A stretch of 64,000 bases of DNA from an uncultured delta proteobacterium (GTDB taxonomy: Bacteria; Desulfobacterota; Syntrophobacteria; BM002), in contig CAVQGX010000021.1 in the NCBI GenBank assembly GCA_963712115.1, positions 32,001-96,000 of the forward strand, written 5' to 3'. The position numbers and the translations under genes are program-made. How positions within the stretch are numbered: position 1 is the first letter of the stretch; every line of letters starts with the position of its first letter. Of this stretch, positions 30,746 through 40,218 are shown piece after piece. The notes below the pieces were generated by a model. That model made no database searches and was not told where the DNA came from. It saw only the letters and a list, made by a program, of their open reading frames with translations.

Positions 30746-32000
30746 TTAGTCACTCCCGATGTTAAGACTTTTGTCCTGAAACTCAACTTCTGGAAAGTCA
30801 CTTCCTAAAAAGGCAAACCCGAAGGTGCCAATTACACCGAATGAGAAAGCGACTAGGAAGTTTGTCGTGGGGCTTATTAGCCAGAGAAATGCACCGCCGA
30901 AGGCGGCAATGGAAACGAACACATCTCGCATAAGATAGTACAGGCCGAACATACCTGCCTTGCAGTTTTCTGGGGCTAGATCCATAATCAGCGCCTTACG
31001 GGTGGGTTCTCCGAACTCTTTGAAACCTCTCAAGATAAAGGCGAGGACCAGCCAGTTGAAAGAATGGCAGAAGAGGAGGGTGAGGGGAAATAAGGTGAAA
31101 AAAACAAAGGTCATGACCACGAAAGGCTTTTTTGTCAGTCTTATCAGCAAGATATGCGACAGGCACATAGACGAGCACGGCCGTGGCCATCTCAATGCTG
31201 GTGAGGATGCCAAACTGTAAAGCGGAAACAGGCGAGGAAATGGTCTTCATACACCAGACGACGACAAAGGCATAAGGGATCTGTTCGCAGTAGCGCACGA
31301 GAATGTCGGATACCAGAAGCCGTCTAAGGTTCGGAGCCATTAAGCGGTAGAGTTTTAACGGATTCTTCTCCGGTACATATAGGCACTCTTCTCCAGGCTG
31401 TTTCGGCGGCTCATCTTCGATGAGCTTCTGCTGCAGGACAATTGCTACGAATGAAAGCAGCAGAGCAGCAACAAAGGCCGCCCGAACCCCGTCTCGCTCC
31501 CCCCAAATTCCAATGCAAACACCCCCCAGCACAGGGCCCAGGGCCATGGGAATTCTTCGCACCAAAGAATGCATACTGACTCCCATGGTCCTTTTGCTCA
31601 TAGGCAGCACTTTGGCGATAAGGCTCATGGTGGCGGGAAGAGAGATTGCTGACCAGGAAATAAAAAGAACGGCCCCAACAAGAACAGCCTGCCAGGCGGG
31701 AAATATGATGACAACAAGGAAGCCGCACATGGCGACAATATTGAATATGAGTAGGGCTCGTTTGGTGCCTAAGCGGTCGGACAGATACCCTCCAGGAAAG
31801 GAGTAAAGGGCCGAGAGCAGGTTATCCATTCCGTTTAGAAAACCAATGGACAGGGCGCCGCCCCCTAGGGCCAGAAGGTAAATGGGTAGAAATCTCTCGG
31901 CCAACCGCTCTCCCATACCTACGAGAATCACCATGAACAGCACGCCCACTGTGCTTCTGGTGAGACCCAAAAAATCGGAGACACGGTCTACCCGCGCCAT
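30746..32000 (-). CDS. MFS transporter, split by an apparent 1-nt homopolymer frameshift at about 31130
   Basis: GGYLSDRLGTKR motif A; the frames 30996-32000 and 30746-31213 join (ADKTDK|KPFVVM) into a 12-TM protein. Confidence 0.85.
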
Positions 32001-32293
32001 AGTGCTATCCTTTCAAAGAAAACAATGGTTTCAGTCCTAATCCTCTGTAAATCTGTGACTTAGCATAATTTCAAATTATTTTTCGGTTTTTGGACGTTCC
32101 TTTGCAACTTATCCCACTATATCAATTAAACACTTTGCGGGTAAGCAATGTGAGATTAAACTATCTAAATCGTCTCCGTCCGGCAACCGCGTTCTTGGGT
32201 GTTATTCCGAGGAGACCCGAAAATGGGGGGACAACGAGGAATCTCATGGATGAGAGGGCAGCAGCGATTGTTCGACTAGAAGGTGGCGGTTAA

Positions 32294-32947
32294 ATGAAAA
32301 GAGAATCAAAAATACAGTTATTTCAGCGGGTTGACGTTTATCCGGTAACCTGCGAGCGGTTTTCCCTAGGGAGGTCGAATCTGCAGGTTCTGGAGGCGGT
32401 GATCCAGGGCGGGTCAAAAATAATTCAGCTAAGAGAGAAAGAGTACCCTAAGAAGGATTTTTATCACCTGGCCTTGAAGTTCAAGGAGATTACCACCAGA
32501 GCCGGGGTTTTGCTCATCATCAACGATCATGTGGATATTGCTCTCGGTGTGGAGGCAGACGGAGTTCACCTGGGCCAGGAAGATTTGCCCGTGCAGGTAG
32601 CGAGAAAGCTGGCGCCGGAGTTGCTTATCGGAGCCTCAACCCACTCTCTGGAACAAGCTCTCCAGGCTGAAAAGGATGGGGCAGACTACATCAACATTGG
32701 TCCAATATTTTCAACCGAAACTAAGGAAGGGGTGGGACGTTCCTTGGGCCCTGAGGCAATCAGCGAAATAAGCCCGCAGATTAAGATACCCTTTACGGTG
32801 ATGGGAGGGATAAACGAGGACAATATAGAACAGGTTCTAGCCAAAGGCGCACGAAGGGTGGCAATGGTTACGGCCATAACTAAGGCCGCGGACATTGCGG
32901 CTAAGGTTGCATCCTTGAAAGAAAAAATCAGACAATTTTCGGGCTAG
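32294..32947 (+). CDS. thiE: Thiamine-phosphate synthase
   Basis: QLREK, IINDHVD, GVHLGQEDL, GASTHS, GPIFSTETK, MGGI. Confidence 0.95.
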   Translation: MKRESKIQLFQRVDVYPVTCERFSLGRSNLQVLEAVIQGGSKIIQLREKEYPKKDFYHLALKFKEITTRAGVLLIINDHVDIALGVEADGVHLGQEDLPVQVARKLAPELLIGASTHSLEQALQAEKDGADYINIGPIFSTETKEGVGRSLGPEAISEISPQIKIPFTVMGGINEDNIEQVLAKGARRVAMVTAITKAADIAAKVASLKEKIRQFSG

Positions 32948-32976
32948 GAATGATAGTTTAAGCGCACCTCAGACTA

Positions 32977-34011
32977 TCAGAGATTAATATCAGGCCAACT
33001 TGAGATGGGATCGGTTGAACGGACTACATGCATTCCTGCGGCGGCAAATCTCTGAAAAGCCGCGGTGGCCTGTTGGGTGTAATCTATGACTCCAGGGATA
33101 ACAACTGGAGAAGAGCAGTCTTCCAGAAGGTAGACTTTCTCAGCAAGCTTTTTATCTGAAAGCTGAATTTCGCTCAATAGATCGTCTATTGTCCAGGCAA
33201 CACAGTGACTCTTGGCCTGCCCGGCAATAACAACTGCATCAAAGTCCAAAAGCTTTTTGATAAATCCCACATTTTTTTTAGCAATCTGCTCTCCTGCTGC
33301 GTCCTCTAACACCTCTGGTTTGAGAACCGAGTAATTCTCGGTGAAGGGATTACCTCCTTTGACTTGAAAATCCGGCTGGCTATATCGGGCGATACTGTGG
33401 AAAAAAATGACTTCCTCAACCGCTGAAACCAGGGCATGGCCAATGCCGCCGAGCATGGCATGATACGGCCAGATGGTGAGGTCATACTTGCCGCCTTCTT
33501 TCAGCTGCCGAGTGTAGTGGCGCAAATATTCCTGGCCGTAAGTTTCGTCGATATTCAGACTGGAGGAAAGTTCAGGGTTGAATTGCCAAACACCTTGCTC
33601 AATATCTTCAAGGCTAATGAGTGTATATGGTTCTGGATGGTCTCCCTTGTCATTTACCAGAAAAATGGAGTGAAAAATCTGCATGGCCTGATGGGTGTCC
33701 ATGGTTGGGCATATCTCAGTAATCACACCCAAGTTGCCATAAATGAATTGGCACAACCTGCGATTGTCATCTACAGCTCCTGTTCCTGAAGCACCGCCAA
33801 CAAAAAGCTCAAAATCTGGAATACAGAAGGTGTTCTGCACATCAACCAAGAGCAGGGAAATGCGGAATTTGTCGCGAGAAGCGGGCTGGAGCAAGTTTTT
33901 TTTTGCCCATTTTTCAGCATCTGCCGCCCGTTCCTGATAAGCTACCTTCCACACTTCGCCAACTTTTCCTGGATTGAAGTGCGGGGGGATAGGAAGTTTT
34001 TGCCTTGCCAC
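32977..34011 (-). CDS. Long-form isochorismatase-family hydrolase, nicotinamidase-like
   Basis: Asp-Lys-Cys triad: [22 protein letters not shown]; metal ligands TMDTH and WPYH. Confidence 0.82.
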   Translation of the reverse strand: MARQKLPIPPHFNPGKVGEVWKVAYQERAADAEKWAKKNLLQPASRDKFRISLLLVDVQNTFCIPDFELFVGGASGTGAVDDNRRLCQFIYGNLGVITEICPTMDTHQAMQIFHSIFLVNDKGDHPEPYTLISLEDIEQGVWQFNPELSSSLNIDETYGQEYLRHYTRQLKEGGKYDLTIWPYHAMLGGIGHALVSAVEEVIFFHSIARYSQPDFQVKGGNPFTENYSVLKPEVLEDAAGEQIAKKNVGFIKKLLDFDAVVIAGQAKSHCVAWTIDDLLSEIQLSDKKLAEKVYLLEDCSSPVVIPGVIDYTQQATAAFQRFAAAGMHVVRSTDPISSWPDINL

Positions 34012-34140
34012 GGTTTCTCTCTTTGTTTACTTCATAGCGTCTTCATACTTGTCATAATACTACCAGTCATAAATCATCGAGTAAATTGTAGGCTGCCAGT
34101 CAGCAGCCCAAATCCGCAATCAGAAATCAGAAATGTGCCC

Positions 34141-35424
34141 CTAATCCCATTTTCGCAGATCTAAGATACGCTTTTCGGGCTCTCGAAGGTCACTGGCTTG
34201 GACAAAAGCCACATCGGCTCTCAATTTTAGTACAGTACGGATTCTTTCCTGGAGCGGAGAGAGCAATCCCTCTTGAGATGAGGTTTTGTCTAACACTGCA
34301 CGAAAGGTGAGTTTGTCGCGGTCTTGTTCGCGCTCCACTACTGCCTGAGCCGCTTGAATTTCCGGAAAAGCAGCCACCACCTCTTCCACCTGGGAGGGAT
34401 GGATGAACATGCCACGCACTTTGGTGACCTGATCCACCCTCCCTACGAGTTTCATCAGGCGAGGTGAGGTGCGGCCGCAGGGACAAGGTTCCTCCTCGTA
34501 ATAGGAAAGATCTCCGGTGCCAAAGCGGATCAAGGGATAGACGGGATTTTCAAGCAAAGTCACCACTACCTCACCAACTTGCCCTGCCCCCAGTTGCTTG
34601 CCGGTTTCAGGGTCCACCACCTCTATAACTCGGTAGTCAGCAAAGTGCATTCCGTTCTTTTCGCCGCACTCATAGGCGATTGCCCCTACATCCGCTGTGG
34701 CGAGGAACTGGCGAACGAGAATACCATAGTCTTCTTCCAGCCGTCGGCGGCTTGCGTGGGTTAGCATCTCACCTGCGGTGACCGCTATTTCCAGACTAAA
34801 ATCCCGGCGGAAATCTTTGCCCTCTTGTTCTGCTCGTTCAATGATGGCCTGGAGAAAACTGGGTACTCCTACATAACCGGTGAGCTGGAGCTCCGCCATG
34901 AGCTGAACCTGAGTTTCAGTGTTGCCCACACCACCGGGGACTACGGTGCAGCCAATGCCGCTCAAACCCTCATCGCACATGAGCCCGCCCGGGGTAAGGT
35001 GGTAAGAGAAGGTATTCAGCACCCTGTCTCCGGGGCGGAAACCGGTATTAAAGAAAACCCCCTGCAACCGCCAGTAATCAGCCTGATGCCCCTCAGGGTC
35101 AAAAATAGCTCCGGGAGAAGAATAGATTCGGCGAAGTTTGTCCAGCTCCACCGCCAAAAAACCACCAAAAGGGGGGGAGGCTTGCTGGAGTTGACGCATT
35201 TGGGCTTTAGGGGTAATTTTTAGTGACTGCAGATCTTCCAAGGAGCGAATGTCGGTGGGACCCACTCCTGCTGCCTGGAATTTCTCTCGCATAGCGGGGG
35301 CTTCTTGGAAAGCTGTCATAACTGCCCGCTGTAATTGATTTTCCAGGATGTGTTTTTTCGCATCCCACGGAAGTGTTTCCAGCTGTTCATCATAATAGCC
35401 ACGCAAGCGCTCGTCTTTTTTCAT
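34141..35424 (-). CDS. Phenylacetate-CoA ligase family protein (PaaK-like)
   Basis: YSSPG, TAGE, IEVVDPETG, GEVVVT, PLIRFGTGD, GRVDQVTKVRGMFIHP. Confidence 0.85.
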   Translation of the reverse strand: MKKDERLRGYYDEQLETLPWDAKKHILENQLQRAVMTAFQEAPAMREKFQAAGVGPTDIRSLEDLQSLKITPKAQMRQLQQASPPFGGFLAVELDKLRRIYSSPGAIFDPEGHQADYWRLQGVFFNTGFRPGDRVLNTFSYHLTPGGLMCDEGLSGIGCTVVPGGVGNTETQVQLMAELQLTGYVGVPSFLQAIIERAEQEGKDFRRDFSLEIAVTAGEMLTHASRRRLEEDYGILVRQFLATADVGAIAYECGEKNGMHFADYRVIEVVDPETGKQLGAGQVGEVVVTLLENPVYPLIRFGTGDLSYYEEEPCPCGRTSPRLMKLVGRVDQVTKVRGMFIHPSQVEEVVAAFPEIQAAQAVVEREQDRDKLTFRAVLDKTSSQEGLLSPLQERIRTVLKLRADVAFVQASDLREPEKRILDLRKWD

Positions 35425-35508
35425 GGTGTCATTCCTCGGCGTTTTGGACTCAGGCAGTTGTGGATGGAGTATTGTTTAAAAGGCTGAGATAAAAATTATA
35501 AGCAGGGA

Positions 35509-36879
35509 TCAACCTGGTCCCAGCTCTTTTTCGCTAATTTCCCGTTTGACTTGATCCTGGAGGGCTTGGAGCCGGGGGGATATTTTCACAGGGTAGTTTG
35601 GGTTTCCCTCTAGGTCCTTGTAAGTTTCCGGGAGCAGTTTGAATTCTTCTCGGAAACGCTCTTGAATCTTAGGCAGAGGCTCCCGTGGGAGCAGCCTTTT
35701 TCCATCTTGCATCACTGTTTCCAGCAGAGATTCTGAATCGGCCACTTCCTCCTCTAGCAAGCCTATGAGATCCCCCTTGAAAAAACCATGTTCATCCCGT
35801 TGCCGAAACACCTGCTTGGGACCCGCCAGGGAAACCTTGCCGCTACTCAACTTCAATACCGGTCTGCCGTTATACATGACCATTTTATAGGCCATGTCAA
35901 GGTAGGGAGCATCGGCAGATACTCCCATCTTGGTGCCCACCCCGAATGCATCGATGATGGCTCCGGCAGACAGTATTTTGTGGATCTTGAATTCGTCGAA
36001 GCCTCCACTGGCAAAGATCTTAACCTCAGGGAAGCCAGACTCATCGAAGATTTTTCTCACCTGCTGGCTGAGTCGAACCATATCGCCACTATCCAAGCGT
36101 ACGGCTCTAAGAGTCTGTCCGGCCTGTCGCATCTCGCCAGCCACGGTCACCGCCTTTCGTGCCCCGGCCAGGGTGTCGTAGGTGTCAATAAGCAGGACGG
36201 TATTGTCGGGAAATGATTTGGCAAAGGCGCGGAATGACTCGATTTCTCGGTCGAAACTTTCAACGTAAGAATGCGCCATGGTGCCGTGGATGGGCAGACC
36301 ATAAATCTTACCTGCCTGCACATTGCTGGTGCCGATGAAGCCACCGATAAAACTGGACCTGGCTACCATTAGGCCCGCATCCATCCCGTGAGTGCGGCGC
36401 AAGGAAAAATCCACCAGTCGTCGCTCGCCAGCGGCGTAGTGACAACGAGAGGCCTTGGTCGCAACTAATGTAGGGAGATTTATGGAATTGATGACGAAGG
36501 TCTCTACCAGCTGAGCTTGCATAACAGGGGCGGTAATTTCAACTAGTGGCTCATCACAGAAGGCGATGCGCCCTTCGGGAACTGCTCGCAACTCGCCAGT
36601 AAAGCGGAGCGTTTCCAAAAACTGGAGGAATTTGTCGGGGAAAAGGGAAGTCTGTTCCAGGTATTCGAGATCGTCGGGACGGAAGTGGAAAGACTCCAAA
36701 TAATCTAAGAGAGGATCCAGCCCAGCGCAGACCAAGTACGAGCGTTTGGGGGGGTATTCTCGTACCATGAGACTGAAGGTGGCTGGAGCGAACATGTCTT
36801 GCTCGAAATAACTGGCGGCCATGGTGAGCTCATACAGATCAGTCATGATTTCTCTGCTCAGTGGCTGATCTGTACCCAT
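35509..36879 (-). CDS. pncB: Nicotinate phosphoribosyltransferase
   Basis: TDLYELTM, DFSLRRTHG, GTMAHS, LIDTYD, VRLDSGD, ASGG, FGVGT. Confidence 0.95.
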   Translation of the reverse strand: MGTDQPLSREIMTDLYELTMAASYFEQDMFAPATFSLMVREYPPKRSYLVCAGLDPLLDYLESFHFRPDDLEYLEQTSLFPDKFLQFLETLRFTGELRAVPEGRIAFCDEPLVEITAPVMQAQLVETFVINSINLPTLVATKASRCHYAAGERRLVDFSLRRTHGMDAGLMVARSSFIGGFIGTSNVQAGKIYGLPIHGTMAHSYVESFDREIESFRAFAKSFPDNTVLLIDTYDTLAGARKAVTVAGEMRQAGQTLRAVRLDSGDMVRLSQQVRKIFDESGFPEVKIFASGGFDEFKIHKILSAGAIIDAFGVGTKMGVSADAPYLDMAYKMVMYNGRPVLKLSSGKVSLAGPKQVFRQRDEHGFFKGDLIGLLEEEVADSESLLETVMQDGKRLLPREPLPKIQERFREEFKLLPETYKDLEGNPNYPVKISPRLQALQDQVKREISEKELGPG

Positions 36880-36992
36880 TGGCAATATCCTCTCGGGTGG
36901 AGTGCTACTGATTTCCAGTATGGACAAAGTATTCTCTCTTTAGCAGAAAGGGGAAAAGGGTTCAAGATATTATAAAAAACAAGAGTTTCACC

Positions 36993-37277
36993 ATGTGGCT
37001 ATGGGGGTTTTTGGCGAATGTAAGTGGTGAGCGGCTGCAGGTGTCTTTCCTTTCGTTCCGAGTCTCCCGGGCCTGGTCACTTCTGGCGCAGCTGCGTTGC
37101 GGGGGAAGGCGGCCCCCCTCCCTGTTCCCGCCTTTGCAAAGCTTCGGCGGGCCAGGGGCTCCCCCACCCGCAGCTGCGGAAGTGAGCACAGGCCTCCCGC
37201 CAGTCACTCCAGAAAAGACACCTGCAGCCGCTATGACCCTGGTAAGCCAATTTAAAGTTACGGGGGGAACCCCACAT
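36993..37277 (-). ncRNA. Candidate structured non-coding RNA / rod-like element of unknown family (copy A)
   Basis: Perfect 19-bp closing stem 37030-37048/37214-37232 plus nested stems; core shared with 49860-49963; no credible ORF; strand inferred. Confidence 0.5.
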
Positions 37278-37705
37278 TAAGATACATTTATTGGCAATGT
37301 CACAAATATAGGATATGTATTATTTATTGTGGGCAAAGATGTGATCAGGGGTTCTGTTTGTCTTGGAGAGTAATAACTCAATTCATTCGCTGGGGTGACA
37401 GATTGTGGGTTTTTCGCCATTGGACGGTAATCTTGGTGCTCGCCGTGGCACAAAGAGTGCATCAATTTAGTTGCGATCATTGCTGCTCAAGTTCTTGGGA
37501 GAAAATATAATAGCCAATGGTCGGACTTTCCACTGGACAACAGTAGGTTACATTCTCTATTAGAATGAATGGAAAGCAATAAGCACAGGTGGAAACTCTG
37601 TTAAAATTAATGTGTAAGATAAAGACCTACTCTTGCCTGAGTTGCTTAGACTATTTTTAATAACTAACACCTTGTAGATTATGCAAAATAACGGAGTGAG
37701 TAGAA

Positions 37706-39520
37706 ATGGGTTCAAAGACCACTACACAACCGCATCCTGTGGGTGATCTAATTCCCAAATACCGGGGGGACCCTAAAGATGATGCCTGGCTGACAAATTT
37801 TTTTACCGAGAATCACCTGGATTTTGAAACCCAACCCGATGAGGTGGCTTCACCTGAACAGGTCCGTTTCGTTGTCCATTTACCTGAAAATGTGGTCTAC
37901 TATCCTTGCTCCACTGAAGTGTTCGAGGCCATCTTGAACAGGCAGTCAAAGACGTACCTCCATGACCGTTATCAAATGGTTTGGAAGGTTGTAGAACGGT
38001 TGGTTCAAGAGCTGATCCCCGATAAGTCTAAAAGGACCTTTCTAACAGAATTACTGAGGATTAAATTCGAACACGATACCCACGACGGCATCCTCCTCCC
38101 AACTCGTCTTGAAAAAAGGCTCTTTAAGATATTTATTGATAAAAGCAAAATCGACACCCCATATTTTCCTGCCAAAGTAGAGCGGAATAAGATGGTGTAC
38201 GAATTGGTTGCAGGACCAAACTTCTGGAACACCTTCAACTGGATTGACCAGCAAACGGTCCTGAGCTTTGAAAGCCTAGAAGATCTAAAGTCTGAGGCGG
38301 CTAAGCTGCAACTGCAAAGACTTCTCAAGCTGGGTGTTGCTCGTGAGCTCTGGGAAGATGGCGTCGCGAGATCTGATCCGCCCAAGATAGATTTTCATAG
38401 AATTCTCCATCGACCTCTGAGGGGGAAGGGAGTTGAGACTTTGCTCAAGCTTTTACAGCGTCCCCAAGAGGCGCCTGGTACTTGTACCGAGCCTCCCAAG
38501 AAAATCCTTTGGCTATGCAATGAGGCGGGTGAAATTGTCCTTGACTTGAAGATCATACGGTTTCTTTTAGGCTGGGGACACAAGGTAATACTGGTGGTCA
38601 AGGATGGTTTCTATCTTAACAAGGTGACAAGATACGATGTGGAAAATGACCCGGTACTGGTGGAAGAACTTGATGGGGCCTCCTTTATTAAAGACCCAGG
38701 TATTTCGAAGAGAGAACTACTGGAAAAACTCAAGACAGACACGCAGCTTTTCATCATCTCCGACGGCACTCAGGAGCGTCTAAATTTTCTCCTAACTTCT
38801 ACGACCTTCGCCAGAATGTTCAAGGAAGCCGATGTGGTTATCTCTAAAGGAGAGGGGCAATGGAGACGACTGTTTGCCAACCCTTTCCAATTTACCCGGG
38901 ATGTTTTTAACGTGCGGCTGGGGAAGGACGGAGAAGAGGTTATAGTGAGCTACAAACCCAGACATCCCGAAGCAGTGAAGTTCTCAGAACAGGATCTCAA
39001 AGAAAAGGCGCAAGCACTCATTCGGGAAATGACCGCCGCAAAGAGTCGAGGTGAAAAGGTCATCTTTTACAGTGCCATTATCGGCAGCATTCCAGGACAG
39101 ATGGAGACCGCGATCCTAATTCTAACATCTTTTGTGAGTGACCTTCGCCAAACCTACAAGAAAAGTTTCATCATCAACCCATCCGAGCATTTCGTTCCGG
39201 GTATGGATGCTGACGATCTCATGTATATGTGGGAAGTAGTGCAGCGGAGCGGTCTAATCGACATATGGAGGTTTCAAACCGTAGAAGATATTGAGACTAG
39301 CTTCAGGCTGCTCAATAGGGAAGTTCCACCGGAATGGCTCGGCAAGGACGCCACCTACAGCACAGGTTGTACTAAAGAGATGAAGATTGCCCTGGACGTA
39401 CAGCTGGCGCATCCAGAAATGCAGATTATAGGACCCGCCAAAGAACGTTTCCTGCGCCGTTCTGACTATGGGATCGGGAAACTCTACGATCGACGGTTGA
39501 GCGATATCAGCTTACCTTAA
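37706..39520 (+). CDS. ARMT1/DUF89-like damage-control phosphatase-domain protein with an extra C-terminal domain
   Basis: ILWLCNEAGEIVLD (compare DNAGE), VVKDG..LNKVT, ISDGT, ADVVISKGEG; about 170-aa C-terminal alpha/beta extension. Confidence 0.75.
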   Translation: MGSKTTTQPHPVGDLIPKYRGDPKDDAWLTNFFTENHLDFETQPDEVASPEQVRFVVHLPENVVYYPCSTEVFEAILNRQSKTYLHDRYQMVWKVVERLVQELIPDKSKRTFLTELLRIKFEHDTHDGILLPTRLEKRLFKIFIDKSKIDTPYFPAKVERNKMVYELVAGPNFWNTFNWIDQQTVLSFESLEDLKSEAAKLQLQRLLKLGVARELWEDGVARSDPPKIDFHRILHRPLRGKGVETLLKLLQRPQEAPGTCTEPPKKILWLCNEAGEIVLDLKIIRFLLGWGHKVILVVKDGFYLNKVTRYDVENDPVLVEELDGASFIKDPGISKRELLEKLKTDTQLFIISDGTQERLNFLLTSTTFARMFKEADVVISKGEGQWRRLFANPFQFTRDVFNVRLGKDGEEVIVSYKPRHPEAVKFSEQDLKEKAQALIREMTAAKSRGEKVIFYSAIIGSIPGQMETAILILTSFVSDLRQTYKKSFIINPSEHFVPGMDADDLMYMWEVVQRSGLIDIWRFQTVEDIETSFRLLNREVPPEWLGKDATYSTGCTKEMKIALDVQLAHPEMQIIGPAKERFLRRSDYGIGKLYDRRLSDISLP

Positions 39521-39521
39521 A

Positions 39522-39593
39522 GAGGTTTCAGGTGTCAGGGTTCAGGTGTCAGGGAGGAGAAACATAAAAGCTGAAACCTGAACACTGAAACCT
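39522..39593. repeat. Composite 7-mer repeat element, copy 3 of 3 (reverse orientation)
   Basis: aggtttcaggtgtcagggttcaggtgtcagggaggagaaacataaaagctgaaacctgaacactgaaacc. Confidence 0.8.
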
Positions 39594-39756
39594 TAGCAAT
39601 TGTTATTTGTGATTTGGAATTTTTAGTCACTCTATTACTCCAACACATTATTACTCCAAGAAAATTTGAGATTGTGAGAGCGGCTTTCCCCGCCCGCCTC
39701 GCCTGAGTCCTCCTCAGGCGGACGATGGCGGGCAGGTAGCCGAGATAGTGACGGCC

Positions 39757-40014
39757 ATGCCCTATGAACGGATAGAGGTTGAATGCTACAGCGGCTATCG
39801 TGCCAATGAGCGTCCTTTAGCATTCATCTTTGAAGATCGCCGTTGGCAGGTGGAGGAAATCCTTGAACGCTGGTATGAGGGTGGCCTTCAGCCAAGTAAG
39901 CCGGCTTTGGACTACTTTAAAGTGAGGACTAGTGAGGGTAGGGTATTTCTACTCCGCTACAATTCGCTCTTCGATGCCTGGGCCATCCGAGTCCCCCCGA
40001 AATCAACCCATTGA
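39757..40014 (+). CDS. Small conserved hypothetical protein (DUF6504-like)
   Basis: VECYSGYRANERP...VEEILERWY...YFKVRT..G..FLLRY. Confidence 0.65.
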   Translation: MPYERIEVECYSGYRANERPLAFIFEDRRWQVEEILERWYEGGLQPSKPALDYFKVRTSEGRVFLLRYNSLFDAWAIRVPPKSTH

Positions 40015-40039
40015 CTTGCGTGCCGATCCCAACCGACTA

Positions 40040-40185
40040 ACCGCAGAGAACCCAAAGGGATATTTGAGATTTTAGATTTAAGATTGCAGATTGAGAAAAT
40101 ATGCTACTTGAAGATTTCGCAATCTACGATCTACAATCAACAATCTTAAATTGCATCTCTCTGCGTTCTCAGCGATCTCCGCGGT
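40040..40185. repeat. 7-mer inverted array (agattt/aatct family) inside a ccgcagag/ctccgcgg palindromic shell
   Basis: atttgagattttagatttaagattgcagattg...caatctacgatctacaatcaacaatcttaaat; relatives at 44537-44622 and 46096-46188. Confidence 0.75.
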
Positions 40186-40218
40186 GTAAGTTTTTGTTTT
40201 TGGTTAGAGCTTTGTTTG

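Noticed and set aside
32190-32293. TPP riboswitch upstream of thiE
   Set aside because: No CUGAGA or CUGAU...AAUrC...GCG.AGGGA core; the sequence (gttattccgagg...acgaggaatctc) resembles a REP-like element
37040-37135. Cobalamin or Moco riboswitch identity for the structured element (CCCCCGCAAC on the minus strand; tccgag...cctcccg on the plus strand)
   Set aside because: The B12 T-loop (GGUG.AA.UCC), GCCACUG and GGGAAG elements are not in the right order, and the Moco GGAAAGG end is absent; the long perfect stems do not fit either fold
37255-37277. HDV-like ribozyme P3/L3 look-alike (GUU-CCCCCCGU-AAC on the minus strand)
   Set aside because: No matching P1 5' strand or J4/2 could be placed in the required order
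36962-37280. Short ORFs over the GC-rich hairpin, and over 49675-50046
   Set aside because: No RBS or motifs; the two homologous copies differ by frame-breaking indels, so conservation is not at protein level
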